Shown here: piece after piece, positions 46,892 to 55,389 of the stretch
Layout: the number at the start of each line of letters is the position of its first letter
How positions within the stretch are numbered: position 1 is the first letter of the stretch
DNA from: Candidatus Brockarchaeota archaeon
GTDB taxonomy: Archaea; Thermoproteota; EX4484-205; JAAOZP01
NCBI GenBank assembly: GCA_017601345.1
Contig: JAFNIT010000004.1
Location: forward strand, 379-64,378
DNA length: 64,000 nt
Direction of reading: 5' to 3'
Translations under genes and position numbers: made by a program
The notes under the pieces: model-generated
What the model was told of the DNA's origin: nothing
The model's database searches: none
What the model saw: the letters and a program-made list of their open reading frames with translations, nothing else

Positions 46892-47691
46892 AGGCCGAAT
46901 CTCCTCTTTCTCTTCTGGTACATTCTTATAGCTCTTAGAAGATCTATCTTCCTGAACTCGGGCCAGTATACATCTATGAAAACGAGCTCGCTGTAGGCTG
47001 ACTGCCAGAGGAGAAAATTGCTAAGCCTTTCCTCTCCGGATGTCCTAATTATAAGATCGGGGTCTGGTTCTGGAAGATGAGCAGTATAGAGCCTGCTTGA
47101 AATAGTTTCCTCATTTATTTCTTCTGGATCCAGCAGTTTTTTTGAAACATCGTAGGCAATGCTCTTAACCGCATCCACTATTTCAGCCCTGCCTCCATAT
47201 GCGAAGGCGATGTTCAAGAAGTGTGACGAGTATTTCTCAGTGTCTTTCTCAATTTTCTCCACGTATTGCATTATGTCGGGCGGAATAAGGTCTCTTCTGC
47301 CGATTACCTTGAAGCGAGTCTGGTTCTTGTGAAGGACCCCGTTATCCATTATTTCTACGAGCTTATCCTTAAATAAGTTTAGTAATAATTGAATCTCCTC
47401 AGGCGACCTCTTAAGATTTTCTGTAGATAGAACATAAAGTGTGAGAATTTTTATTCCAAGCTCATAGCACCATTTGATAACCTCGTCAACCTTCTTGGCA
47501 CCAAAAACATGCCCGAGCGATTTATCTAGGCCCTTTAGCTCAGCCCACCTTCTATTACCATCCATGATTATTCCTATGTGGTTTGGCATGGGCAGCTGGC
47601 TGACTTGCTTAAGCAGGCTTTTCTCATACAGCCAGATTGAGAACCTGCTTCTCGAAATCCTTAGTGCAATGCTTCCTAGGAGTTTTCGCAT
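46888..47691 (-). CDS. uppS: Undecaprenyl-diphosphate synthase-type cis-prenyltransferase
   Basis: HIGIIMDGNRRWA, FSTENLKR-like block, RTSGEERLSNFLLWQSAYSEL. Confidence 0.9.
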   Translation of the reverse strand: MRKLLGSIALRISRSRFSIWLYEKSLLKQVSQLPMPNHIGIIMDGNRRWAELKGLDKSLGHVFGAKKVDEVIKWCYELGIKILTLYVLSTENLKRSPEEIQLLLNLFKDKLVEIMDNGVLHKNQTRFKVIGRRDLIPPDIMQYVEKIEKDTEKYSSHFLNIAFAYGGRAEIVDAVKSIAYDVSKKLLDPEEINEETISSRLYTAHLPEPDPDLIIRTSGEERLSNFLLWQSAYSELVFIDVYWPEFRKIDLLRAIRMYQKRKRRFGL

Positions 47692-47696
47692 CCGCC

Positions 47697-48809
47697 CTAT
47701 TCTTCCATCATGGTTATTTTAAACGTTTTCGAAACAAAAAGGAGGAATCTTGTAATAAGAAATACAAGAATGTTTACAGAGTACATTAAAACTAGTGTGA
47801 GTACGCTTACGTATAGCAGAATACTAAGGTCAAAAGAGGGTGCGGATGCAGCTATTCCCAAAGTCTTGATCAATGGAACCAGTGACATAAGGTTCACTAG
47901 TATCGATAGAGAAGCCCGGATACTTGGGATTTTAAGCGGATACTTCAACGAGCCGCTTATCAGTATTAGCGCAACTCCGAGGAGGAAGATATCAACTACT
48001 TGTGCAATAAACCTTCCTAGAAGAATCATAAACGCCTCATTCTTCTCCATGTAGTATCCAATGGAAATAGTAAAGAGGATGAGTGCAATTCCTGTAAATA
48101 AAAACAACGTTTTAAACACCAGCATCATCGGCGGCAGGTTTTCACCGTATATTTGCTTCAGAGCTGAAGAAATCCATTTATCCAAGTCCAGACCTTTCAT
48201 TAATATTGCTATTCCAACTATGCTCCAGAAGACTGTGTTAACTTCTTGGTATGGTCTGAAATAGCTTAGAATGGTTAGAAGTGTTATTAATAAGCCTCCA
48301 AGCCCGAGAACCCATTTCTTAAACCTTGGGTCGGTGAAAAGCATTTTCAAATACCTTCCGAAAACTATGTATGATTCTTCAATGGCACGACTCTGTTTAA
48401 CAATTACCCTTCTCACCCCTGCTAAGGGGAGTCTAGCCTTTAAAACCGGTTCTATATCTTCCTCTCCGAAGCCGTCGGTAACGACATATACTTCTGAGGG
48501 GGGGAACGATTTTGCAATGTTCATTATTTCTCCAATCGCTTTCCGAGAGGCTTCCAGCCCCCCGTCTTTTAAACCGCTGACAACGCAGACCTCTGTTAAA
48601 TAGCCCGGTCTTGAAAAATCCTCCGCAAGCCTTACGGAGGCGAACATAGCATTTAAGTCAGCTTCTTCAGGATCGGAGAGGGCTAATTTCTCAGCTGCTT
48701 TCAACACGTTTTCCCTACCTATTATAGGCGTCTCTAAGCCAGTTTTTCTACCTATGTCATCATCCAGGTCCACGCATAGGATTAGGACTCTTTTCGCACC
48801 TTCCTCCAA
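47697..48809 (-). CDS. DUF373-like archaeal membrane protein
   Basis: Soluble N-domain VLILCVDLDDDIGRKTG... followed by about 6 TM helices. Confidence 0.5.
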   Translation of the reverse strand: MEEGAKRVLILCVDLDDDIGRKTGLETPIIGRENVLKAAEKLALSDPEEADLNAMFASVRLAEDFSRPGYLTEVCVVSGLKDGGLEASRKAIGEIMNIAKSFPPSEVYVVTDGFGEEDIEPVLKARLPLAGVRRVIVKQSRAIEESYIVFGRYLKMLFTDPRFKKWVLGLGGLLITLLTILSYFRPYQEVNTVFWSIVGIAILMKGLDLDKWISSALKQIYGENLPPMMLVFKTLFLFTGIALILFTISIGYYMEKNEAFMILLGRFIAQVVDIFLLGVALILISGSLKYPLKIPSIRASLSILVNLMSLVPLIKTLGIAASAPSFDLSILLYVSVLTLVLMYSVNILVFLITRFLLFVSKTFKITMMEE

Positions 48810-48882
48810 TAGTTCCTGAAAAATTTGATAGTACTCTCATTATTAAAAATTTTCGTATGTATAAAAAGTCTAAAACTCCAGA

Positions 48883-49761
48883 TTATCTCCCTGGAAGCGG
48901 GCTGCCCTGTGCTTCTATCAGAGCCTTAAACTCTTCCCAATCCAAGGTTTCGCCACGCTTAAGCTTCTCTTGAGCGTCTAAAGCAAGCTTACTCTTTATC
49001 GCCTCTTCTATTTTTAAGCGCTTAGCTTGCTCTTCTTGAAGCATTAATATATGCCTCATCTTAGCAAGGTAGGATTTAGCATCTATCTCAACCATTTTCA
49101 TGAAAAGCTCGTCCTTCTTTTTCCTCGCCTCCTCTATTTCAGCGTCGAGCCTTGATAACTCATCTCTTTTAATCTTCCTCTCCTCCAATAACTCCTTAAT
49201 CTTGGCATGGTAAAGATTTGATGTTTCAACAAGCTTTGCTTTTTCACTATTCTTCTGGATAATCATCGACTTTATTTCTTCAATCTTATTCTCAAAATCC
49301 TCCATCTTCTTCCTCATACTGATGATTGACTCCACCTCCCGGAGCAGCATCCTTGCTCTTTCGATTTCTCTAACCAGCTCAGCCTCCTCCTTAGGATCCA
49401 GATGTTCCGTCGCCAGTCTCCATTCAAGCTTCGATAGCTGCGCCCTAGCCTCCCTCTCGCTTATCCTTATCTTCCTAGAACGGCTTTTAACAACAACCCT
49501 CTTGCGTTCAATCTCATCCTTAAGGTTTTTCTCAGAAACCCTTAGTTGAGCTATATCCTCCTTAATCTTCTTAATTTGCTGGTTGACATCGTTTCTCCTA
49601 GCCATGTTCTCGTCTATTTGCTTAGTTATTTCAATAATCTCCTCCTTAAGCCGTTTTCTCCTGTCAATAAGCTCCTTAAGCTTCTCCTTCTGTCTTCTGA
49701 GTTCTTCCTCGATTTGCTTAGCGTAATCCCCGGCTAAGCTCTCAGCTTGGTATGCTGGCAA
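48883..49761 (-). CDS. Archaeal coiled-coil protein (COG1340-like)
   Basis: 292 aa, almost entirely heptad-like K/E/R-rich. Confidence 0.45.
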   Translation of the reverse strand: MPAYQAESLAGDYAKQIEEELRRQKEKLKELIDRRKRLKEEIIEITKQIDENMARRNDVNQQIKKIKEDIAQLRVSEKNLKDEIERKRVVVKSRSRKIRISEREARAQLSKLEWRLATEHLDPKEEAELVREIERARMLLREVESIISMRKKMEDFENKIEEIKSMIIQKNSEKAKLVETSNLYHAKIKELLEERKIKRDELSRLDAEIEEARKKKDELFMKMVEIDAKSYLAKMRHILMLQEEQAKRLKIEEAIKSKLALDAQEKLKRGETLDWEEFKALIEAQGSPLPGR

Positions 49762-49818
49762 ATCATTGAGGGTTTTACATGATGGTTTAATAAATTTTCC
49801 GGTAGTCAGAAATCGGTT

Positions 49819-50592
49819 TTAAATGGCCTGTTCTTGTGCAAACTCTTCACCAGTTCCAAGGATTCTGGTGATCTGCGAATACACTTCTACGAAACCTTCC
49901 ATCGTTACTGCTGAGACAGGTATCGGCTTGTTCAAGCTACTCAAAATAGGAAGTGTTTTCGAAAGCTCCTGTCCTAGTTTCAGCTTCTCACTCCTGTAAG
50001 ATTTGTTAATAGCTTCGTATAGCGTTAATGGATTAGAGTACCATTCGCTAATCCTCTTAACCAGGCGAGGCTCTGCAATGTCCACTTTGTTGATCACGTT
50101 TAGCTGAGGAATAGCGAGCGAGGCGTATACAGATATGCTTAAGTATAATGAAGCTAGAAAGCTGAGCGGCTCGAGCATGATTGCATAGTCGAAGAGGTAT
50201 ATTACCATCCTGGGACCTTCTAAAAAGTGTTCTGAGAAAACTCTTCCAACAGGTCTGAAGGCGAACAATTCTATCTGTCCTGGAGTATCTACAATAGCAA
50301 TCTCATAGCCCATTGTTTCGATCTCCTCGCTAATCTCATGCACTTTCACTGCTATCAGGTCTGAAGCAACCGTGAGTGCACTATTAGGTCCTAACCCAAG
50401 GTCTCTCATAAGCTTCTCAGTACTAACGTAAGTTCTAACGTCGAAGTCAGCAGTATAAGGCAGGTTTACGACACCAGGGTCTAGGTTAATTCTCGCAACG
50501 TCAACGCCCTTACTTTCAATCCATTCAGAAAAGTTTTTTACGAAGGTCGTTTTACCACTTCCTGCAGTACCTATTAAGAAGATGGCTTTCAT
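49819..50592 (-). CDS. GPN-loop GTPase (paralog 2)
   Basis: GTAGSGKTT, LGPNSAL (GPN), DTPGQIE. Confidence 0.8.
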   Translation of the reverse strand: MKAIFLIGTAGSGKTTFVKNFSEWIESKGVDVARINLDPGVVNLPYTADFDVRTYVSTEKLMRDLGLGPNSALTVASDLIAVKVHEISEEIETMGYEIAIVDTPGQIELFAFRPVGRVFSEHFLEGPRMVIYLFDYAIMLEPLSFLASLYLSISVYASLAIPQLNVINKVDIAEPRLVKRISEWYSNPLTLYEAINKSYRSEKLKLGQELSKTLPILSSLNKPIPVSAVTMEGFVEVYSQITRILGTGEEFAQEQAI

Positions 50593-51851
50593 AGAATTAT
50601 CTTCTCCTTAATCCTAGATTCAATGCTTATTCCGTGCAGGGGAAGACCCTCCGCTCTACTCAACGTTTCGATATATCTAGCAGTCTTCTTCAAGTATTTT
50701 GGAGAAAAATACTGGTATGAAACTATTCTGAGATAATCCAGTATTGTTACACCGCCTCTGACTCTTGCATACCCGCCCGTTGGAAGAATGTGATTACTCC
50801 CAGAAACGTAGTCTCCAACCGCTGGCGGTGATGATCCTCCGAGGAAAACGGTGCCGGCTGTCGTGATCCTATTGAACAACTTGGTTGGATTTTTGACCTG
50901 CAGAGAAATATGCTCAGGAGCTAGAAGGTTGCATTTCTCCAAGCCTTCTTCAATAGATTTGACTAAGTATATGTTTATCCTAGTTTTCAAGCTGTATTTC
51001 TTCGAAATCTCCCCGAATATTCTCTCAACGAGCTCAGCTAGGTCTTTTGAATCTGTTATTAAGGCTATGAAAGAATCTGGGGAGTGCTCAGCCTGAGCAG
51101 CTAGATCCAGAGCTACGGATTTTGGGTCTGCACTAGAATCCGCTAGGACAACGAGTTCAGATGGCCCTGCTGGAACATCTATCGAAACACCATAGCTGTT
51201 TGCAATCATCTTTGCTAAGGTAACGAACTTATTTCCCGGGCCAATTATTTTCTCAACTCTCGGAATAGTTTCAGTACCAAAGGTTAAGGCACCGACGCCA
51301 GCAACCATATTACACCGGAAAACTCTTCTTAAGCCCATTAGCTTAGCAGCATATAGAATCGCCGGGTTCACAGAACCATCCTTCCGTGGAGGAGTTAAAA
51401 CCTGGATTTCCTTAACGCCGACCAAGACAGCCGGATAAGCAGCCATAACTATGGTTGAAACATACATGGCCCTTCCTCCGGGGACGAGTATTCCGATTTT
51501 TTCAAGCGGATAGAAACGCATAAAGTATTTTAAACCTCCTTCATTAAGCATTTTTGGAGAGAGCATTCTCATCTGTAAGCCAACTACTTTCCTAATTCTA
51601 CTCATCATGAATAATATTGCTTTTTTAACATCATTCGACAAATACTTTTCAGATTCTTCTAACTCGTCTTGTCCAACCATAAGCCTGTCTTTTGAAAGCT
51701 TAACGTTATCGAAAGGCTTGGGGCGAGAAGTATAGTCTAAGAGCGCTTCGTCTCCCCTCTTTTTAACATCAAGCATTATCTGCTCTACGTAACGCCTCTC
51801 ATCATCACTACTTATATTGAAGGGGCTAAAACGGCTGGTCGAATTACTCAT
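50589..51851 (-). CDS. hisD: Histidinol dehydrogenase
   Basis: 420 aa; AGPSELVVLAD, AQAEHSPDS, GDYVSGSNHILPT. Confidence 0.85.
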   Translation of the reverse strand: MSNSTSRFSPFNISSDDERRYVEQIMLDVKKRGDEALLDYTSRPKPFDNVKLSKDRLMVGQDELEESEKYLSNDVKKAILFMMSRIRKVVGLQMRMLSPKMLNEGGLKYFMRFYPLEKIGILVPGGRAMYVSTIVMAAYPAVLVGVKEIQVLTPPRKDGSVNPAILYAAKLMGLRRVFRCNMVAGVGALTFGTETIPRVEKIIGPGNKFVTLAKMIANSYGVSIDVPAGPSELVVLADSSADPKSVALDLAAQAEHSPDSFIALITDSKDLAELVERIFGEISKKYSLKTRINIYLVKSIEEGLEKCNLLAPEHISLQVKNPTKLFNRITTAGTVFLGGSSPPAVGDYVSGSNHILPTGGYARVRGGVTILDYLRIVSYQYFSPKYLKKTARYIETLSRAEGLPLHGISIESRIKEKIIL

Positions 51852-51958
51852 TTGACAATAGGCTTTTAAAAGTACTTGTCTTTTAAAAGTTACTGAACGA
51901 TATCATTACAGCAAATAAACTATTCATGTGATAGGGAAAAGCAGCTATTTAATGTGGA

Positions 51959-52201
51959 TTACTCTCCTTCAGACTTCTTGCCAAGCCACCATTTTACGAC
52001 TTCCCTCCTCTGCCTTTTCTTCTTCTCTTCATCGCTCTCCATTACCGATTTAAGAAATCTTTCCCTAGTAGTCTTAAGTTCTTCAAATTCGTAGACTCTT
52101 CCACAAGCTTTACAGACGTAAAGCTTGGTGTTTAGTTCATACCTAAGTTCTCCACCGCAATCCGGACAGTAGTAGACGGGCAATCTGTTATTGTCGAGCA
52201 A
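51959..52201 (-). CDS. Small zinc-ribbon protein
   Basis: CPDCGG...CKACG followed by a charged tail; 80 aa. Confidence 0.45.
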   Translation of the reverse strand: MLDNNRLPVYYCPDCGGELRYELNTKLYVCKACGRVYEFEELKTTRERFLKSVMESDEEKKKRQRREVVKWWLGKKSEGE

Positions 52202-52280
52202 TATTGTGTTTAAACTTTTCGTATAAACTTATGGATTGGAAAAAGACGCTAAATACCCTGTTTAACAATGAAAAAACGTA

Positions 52281-52388
52281 TGGGGTCGCCGGGATTTGAA
52301 CCCAGGTCGCCAGCGCCCCTAGCCAGCTACTGCTTCAGGCTGGTATCCTAGACCAAGATGCCCGGTTCAGCCCCTAGACGACGACCCC
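52281..52388 (-). tRNA. Intron-containing tRNA, best model tRNA-Pro(GGG) with two introns (D-loop about 16 nt, anticodon loop 17 nt); alternative parse is tRNA-Phe(GAA)
   Basis: Sense GGGGTCG...CGACCCC-A acceptor, T-arm CTGGG-TTCAAAT-CCCGG, 108 nt. No encoded CCA; followed by a T-run. A strict BHB (h CC/GG, H AGCC/GGCU, bulges UGA and AGG, h' AGC/GCU) excises 52335-52319 and leaves the loop CUGGGGC. Confidence 0.8.
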
Positions 52389-52530
52389 TTGTTTTTCCTG
52401 ACTGCTCAAGCTGTTTAAAAACTTTGTTCCAATGTTGATCACCACTGACTGTTGCTTAAGATTAACAGATGCTTGAACCCAACAATTTTGACACCAATTG
52501 ATTACACGTCGAGCATTAGCACATTAAGAT

Positions 52531-52604
52531 GGAAACGGTGAGGGTGGGGGGAATGCCCTCAGAGATTAGAATCAAACCATACAGAGGGCGCCCTCACCGT
52601 TTCC
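52531..52604. repeat. Inverted pair of ORB-like boxes (GGAAACGGTGAGGG, perfect 14-mers, 46-bp spacer; left copy followed by a G-string)
   Basis: Read directly: GGAAACGGTGAGGG-TGGGGGG...GCCCTC(23 nt)GAGGGC-G-CCCTCACCGTTTCC. About 290 bp upstream of the Orc1/Cdc6-like gene. Confidence 0.45.
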
Positions 52605-52636
52605 CCCAGGTCAGACGTAGACTATTTATATAAATC

Positions 52637-52789
52637 TTACTCTGCGACGATTTGTTTAACTACATTTTTAGAGCGAGATTTCTTCAATATTCTGAAGCCG
52701 CAATAAGGGCATCTAACGCCTCCTCTAAACTCTAACAAATCCTTCTCGTTAAGAACTCTGTTGCAAGATAAGCATTGAAACTCCGGCAT
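52637..52789 (-). CDS. rpoP: DNA-directed RNA polymerase subunit P (Rpo12)
   Basis: Own translation (50 aa, below the ORF-track cut-off): MPEFQCLSCNRVLNEKDLLEFRGGVRCPYCGFRILKKSRSKNVVKQIVAE*. Zinc ribbon CxxC...CPYCG.RIL.K is typical of RpoP. Confidence 0.7.
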   Translation of the reverse strand: MPEFQCLSCNRVLNEKDLLEFRGGVRCPYCGFRILKKSRSKNVVKQIVAE

Positions 52790-52891
52790 TACTCTTTTAC
52801 CTTTAAACAGGGTTTAAAAACATTACTCATTCACTCTACTCTCCCCCTTACATTTTTACAACCGGAATCTAAAAATAAGCATTAACCCTTC

Positions 52892-53914
52892 TTGAGAGAC
52901 ATGCTGGAAAACACTTTATACCCAGAAAAGCTGTGGTTAAGGAAGGAGGAGTATAACAGAATATGGATACTCTTGGAAATGTTCATGGAAAGTATCATTC
53001 CCGTATCCATGTTAGTAATAGTATCTGGCGAGACGGGTAGCGGTAAGACAATGCTTGCCAAAAAGATTATGCTAGATGCAACATCCATGTGGAGAAATCT
53101 TAGAGCAATCTATTTAGATGCTGAGTCTGACGATCGCCACGGCCTTTTTGCATTATTACAAAAAGCTCGGAATCTAAACGGATATTCGGCTGTAGAGATT
53201 CTACATGTCTTAGAGAATAGTGAAAACAAGTTTTTAATAGTAATAGATAATGCTGAAAGCATTGTAGATAAGAGATTTGCCCAAGATCTCTCAAAGATTG
53301 GTGAGGGGTTTCCAAAAGGAGGGTTTTTCCTATTAGTTATTTTCGGTTCGAAAACTATTCCATTTAGTGTTTTAAATATGTCTCCACCTTCATACCCCAT
53401 TTATTTCAGCTCTTATGATCCTAGTGAAATTCGGATGATACTAGATAGTTTTCTTAGTAAAATCGAAAACAGCTCTATGAATAATGATGAAGCTTTAGAT
53501 ATGATAAGTACGGCATCCGGAGGCGATGCGAGCCTCGCACTATCAATTCTTAAACTGGCTTCAAGCATCTCCGGTGGCAAACCCATTTGCAAAAAACAAG
53601 TCTTAGAAGCCTTAAGAAAAATATCTGAAAACCCTTTCATTCGCAATATTAACAGAGTTAATGATCCCCATGCTACAGTTATTCTTAAAGTGCTTTCACA
53701 ATATCCTCAAGGTGTACGTTTAAGGAAGCTTTTTGAGGAATACAGTAAAACCTGCACAGATAATAGAATAAGACCACTTAGGTATACACAGTTATGGAAG
53801 AAGATCAGAATTTTAGAAAGGAAGATGCTTCTAGATTTCCAAGTGGTTAATCTTAAAAGGGGAAGGACAAGTATAGTGAGGGCAAGTTGTCTGAACGGAG
53901 AGACAGCCTTATAA
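52892..53914 (+). CDS. Orc1/Cdc6-like AAA+ protein with degenerate catalytic motifs
   Basis: Walker A SGETGSGKT. Walker B reads LIVIDNAE (DN rather than DE). FSSYDPSEIRMIL; GGDASLALSIL where Orc1 has GDAR. C-terminal WH-like region; 340 aa. Confidence 0.55.
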   Translation: MRDMLENTLYPEKLWLRKEEYNRIWILLEMFMESIIPVSMLVIVSGETGSGKTMLAKKIMLDATSMWRNLRAIYLDAESDDRHGLFALLQKARNLNGYSAVEILHVLENSENKFLIVIDNAESIVDKRFAQDLSKIGEGFPKGGFFLLVIFGSKTIPFSVLNMSPPSYPIYFSSYDPSEIRMILDSFLSKIENSSMNNDEALDMISTASGGDASLALSILKLASSISGGKPICKKQVLEALRKISENPFIRNINRVNDPHATVILKVLSQYPQGVRLRKLFEEYSKTCTDNRIRPLRYTQLWKKIRILERKMLLDFQVVNLKRGRTSIVRASCLNGETAL

Positions 53915-54279
53915 GACTGTTTGAAGAGCTATCAAATTCCGTAAGCACTTCCAGAATATTTTGGAAACTGCTTAAGAATGGGGAGATGAGTATTTCTCAG
54001 ATAATAAGGCAGACTGGTTTAAACCATAAGATAGTGAGAAAAAGCTTAGAAGAAATGATTGCTAAAGGATTTGTAAGAGGAAAATCCTTTGGAAGATTGA
54101 AGATTTATTTTTTGAACAGAGATAATTATAGTATCAGAGTATTGCTCAGTCTTTTAAGTATGCCTCCTCCGGATTTCTCCTCTAAGGATAATCGAGTTGT
54201 AGAGTTCTCTCAAACGGGTATCGCTCAGTCTGTTGAGGACCCTGGTTCTGAAGTTATCGTCTTCAGAAAGGAATCTTAG
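53887..54279 (+). CDS. Small wHTH (ArsR-like) protein
   Basis: IFWKLLKNGEMSISQIIRQTGLNHKIVRKSLEEMIAKGFV. The 3' part overlaps the convergent rfcL end by about 125 nt, so the true stop and extent are uncertain. Confidence 0.4.
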   Translation: MSERRDSLIRLFEELSNSVSTSRIFWKLLKNGEMSISQIIRQTGLNHKIVRKSLEEMIAKGFVRGKSFGRLKIYFLNRDNYSIRVLLSLLSMPPPDFSSKDNRVVEFSQTGIAQSVEDPGSEVIVFRKES

Positions 54280-55389
54280 GAAGGGTACGATTTCCCTCCT
54301 AAAAACAGACTTACCTACATGCAACTCTTTCAAGAAGAAAGATTCTAGCTCCCTGAGGCTTTTCAAATGTTGAATCCTCTTAAACCTCTCCTTAATTCTA
54401 CTCGGAAAGGCAAAGTTGACCTTGTTCTTCTGGGGTATCGCGAGGAAAGCATTGGACAATTTGTGATAGAAAATCGGCAGAAGCCTCCAGGCAGAGTTTT
54501 TAGATATTTGTTTGAGAAGCATGTCTGCCTCAGCCACGTATCTTAATGCTGGGAAGAGCCATTGTTTTGGTGAAAGATGAAGAATGTTTTCGAAAACCCA
54601 TTCAAGCAGGTCCTCAGGTTTTTCCTCTGAAGAGGATAATGATAAGGAGGCCTTTTCCAAGGTTGATGCATAAGTTGCTCCTCTCAATATTTCGAATATG
54701 TTTTTCTCAACATTCCTGTAAGACAATATTTTCTCTGCATCCTCGATGTTAACATCCTCTTGCGCAGAGTATAGAAGCTCCAAATCCTCTATAGCAGCTC
54801 TCATATCTCCTTCTGAATGCTCTGCAATTATCAATAGCACTTCCTGCCTGCATTTAACGCCCTCTGCCTTACATATGTCCCTGAGCCTCTTAACTATGGT
54901 CTGTGGTCTTATTCGATGTAAAGGAATCATGTAAGCCTTGTCCCTTATCTTATAGAGGTGGGGCGCCCACGGGTCGTTAGCAGCCATTACAATGGGTACT
55001 TTCGAGGATTCTATCAGCTCCAGTAGAAAGTTAATTGCATTGGATTCCTCGGCTGAGAGGCCGTCAATCTCATCGAAGAATATTAATACTTTACTGCTGA
55101 AAAGGCTCCTGTTGAGAGCTGCTGGTTTAATAACGTTCTCTAGAAAATCTACCCTTCTTGTCTCGCTTGCATTAGTCTCTATAAGCCTGTAGTTAAACTT
55201 TGAAGCGACTACTTCAACAAGAACAGTCTTCCCCACGCCTGGCGGACCGTGGAGTAATGCTGCTTTTCCACGCTCATCCCATTTTTCAAGCCAATCGATA
55301 AAGTCTTTCTTAGCAGCATCGTTTCCAACTACTTCCTCCAGCGTCTTAGGCTTATGCTTCTCAACCCAACTGAGTCGGGGCACGCTCAT
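54154..55389 (-). CDS. rfcL: Replication factor C large subunit
   Basis: WVEKHKPKTLEEVVGN, HGPPGVGKT, FDEIDG. Confidence 0.85.
   Translation of the reverse strand: MSVPRLSWVEKHKPKTLEEVVGNDAAKKDFIDWLEKWDERGKAALLHGPPGVGKTVLVEVVASKFNYRLIETNASETRRVDFLENVIKPAALNRSLFSSKVLIFFDEIDGLSAEESNAINFLLELIESSKVPIVMAANDPWAPHLYKIRDKAYMIPLHRIRPQTIVKRLRDICKAEGVKCRQEVLLIIAEHSEGDMRAAIEDLELLYSAQEDVNIEDAEKILSYRNVEKNIFEILRGATYASTLEKASLSLSSSEEKPEDLLEWVFENILHLSPKQWLFPALRYVAEADMLLKQISKNSAWRLLPIFYHKLSNAFLAIPQKNKVNFAFPSRIKERFKRIQHLKSLRELESFFLKELHVGKSVFRREIVPFLRFLSEDDNFRTRVLNRLSDTRLRELYNSIILRGEIRRRHT

Noticed and set aside
52319-52335. Canonical 37/38 intron parse giving tRNA-Phe(GAA)
   Set aside because: That parse needs a central helix with a G-A mismatch and has no inner helix. 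The alternative cut after position 34 forms a textbook hBHBh' motif and gives a Pro-like tRNA. It is kept as the alternative in the feature call.
52531-52604. Long hairpin as an H/ACA or C/D box sRNA, RNase P RNA or SRP RNA fragment
   Set aside because: There is no ACA box after the lower stem and the internal loop is one-sided (10 nt versus 1 nt). I could not find RUGAUGA/CUGA boxes or CR-I/CR-V-like RNase P motifs. A generic hairpin RNA remains possible and is noted in the findings.
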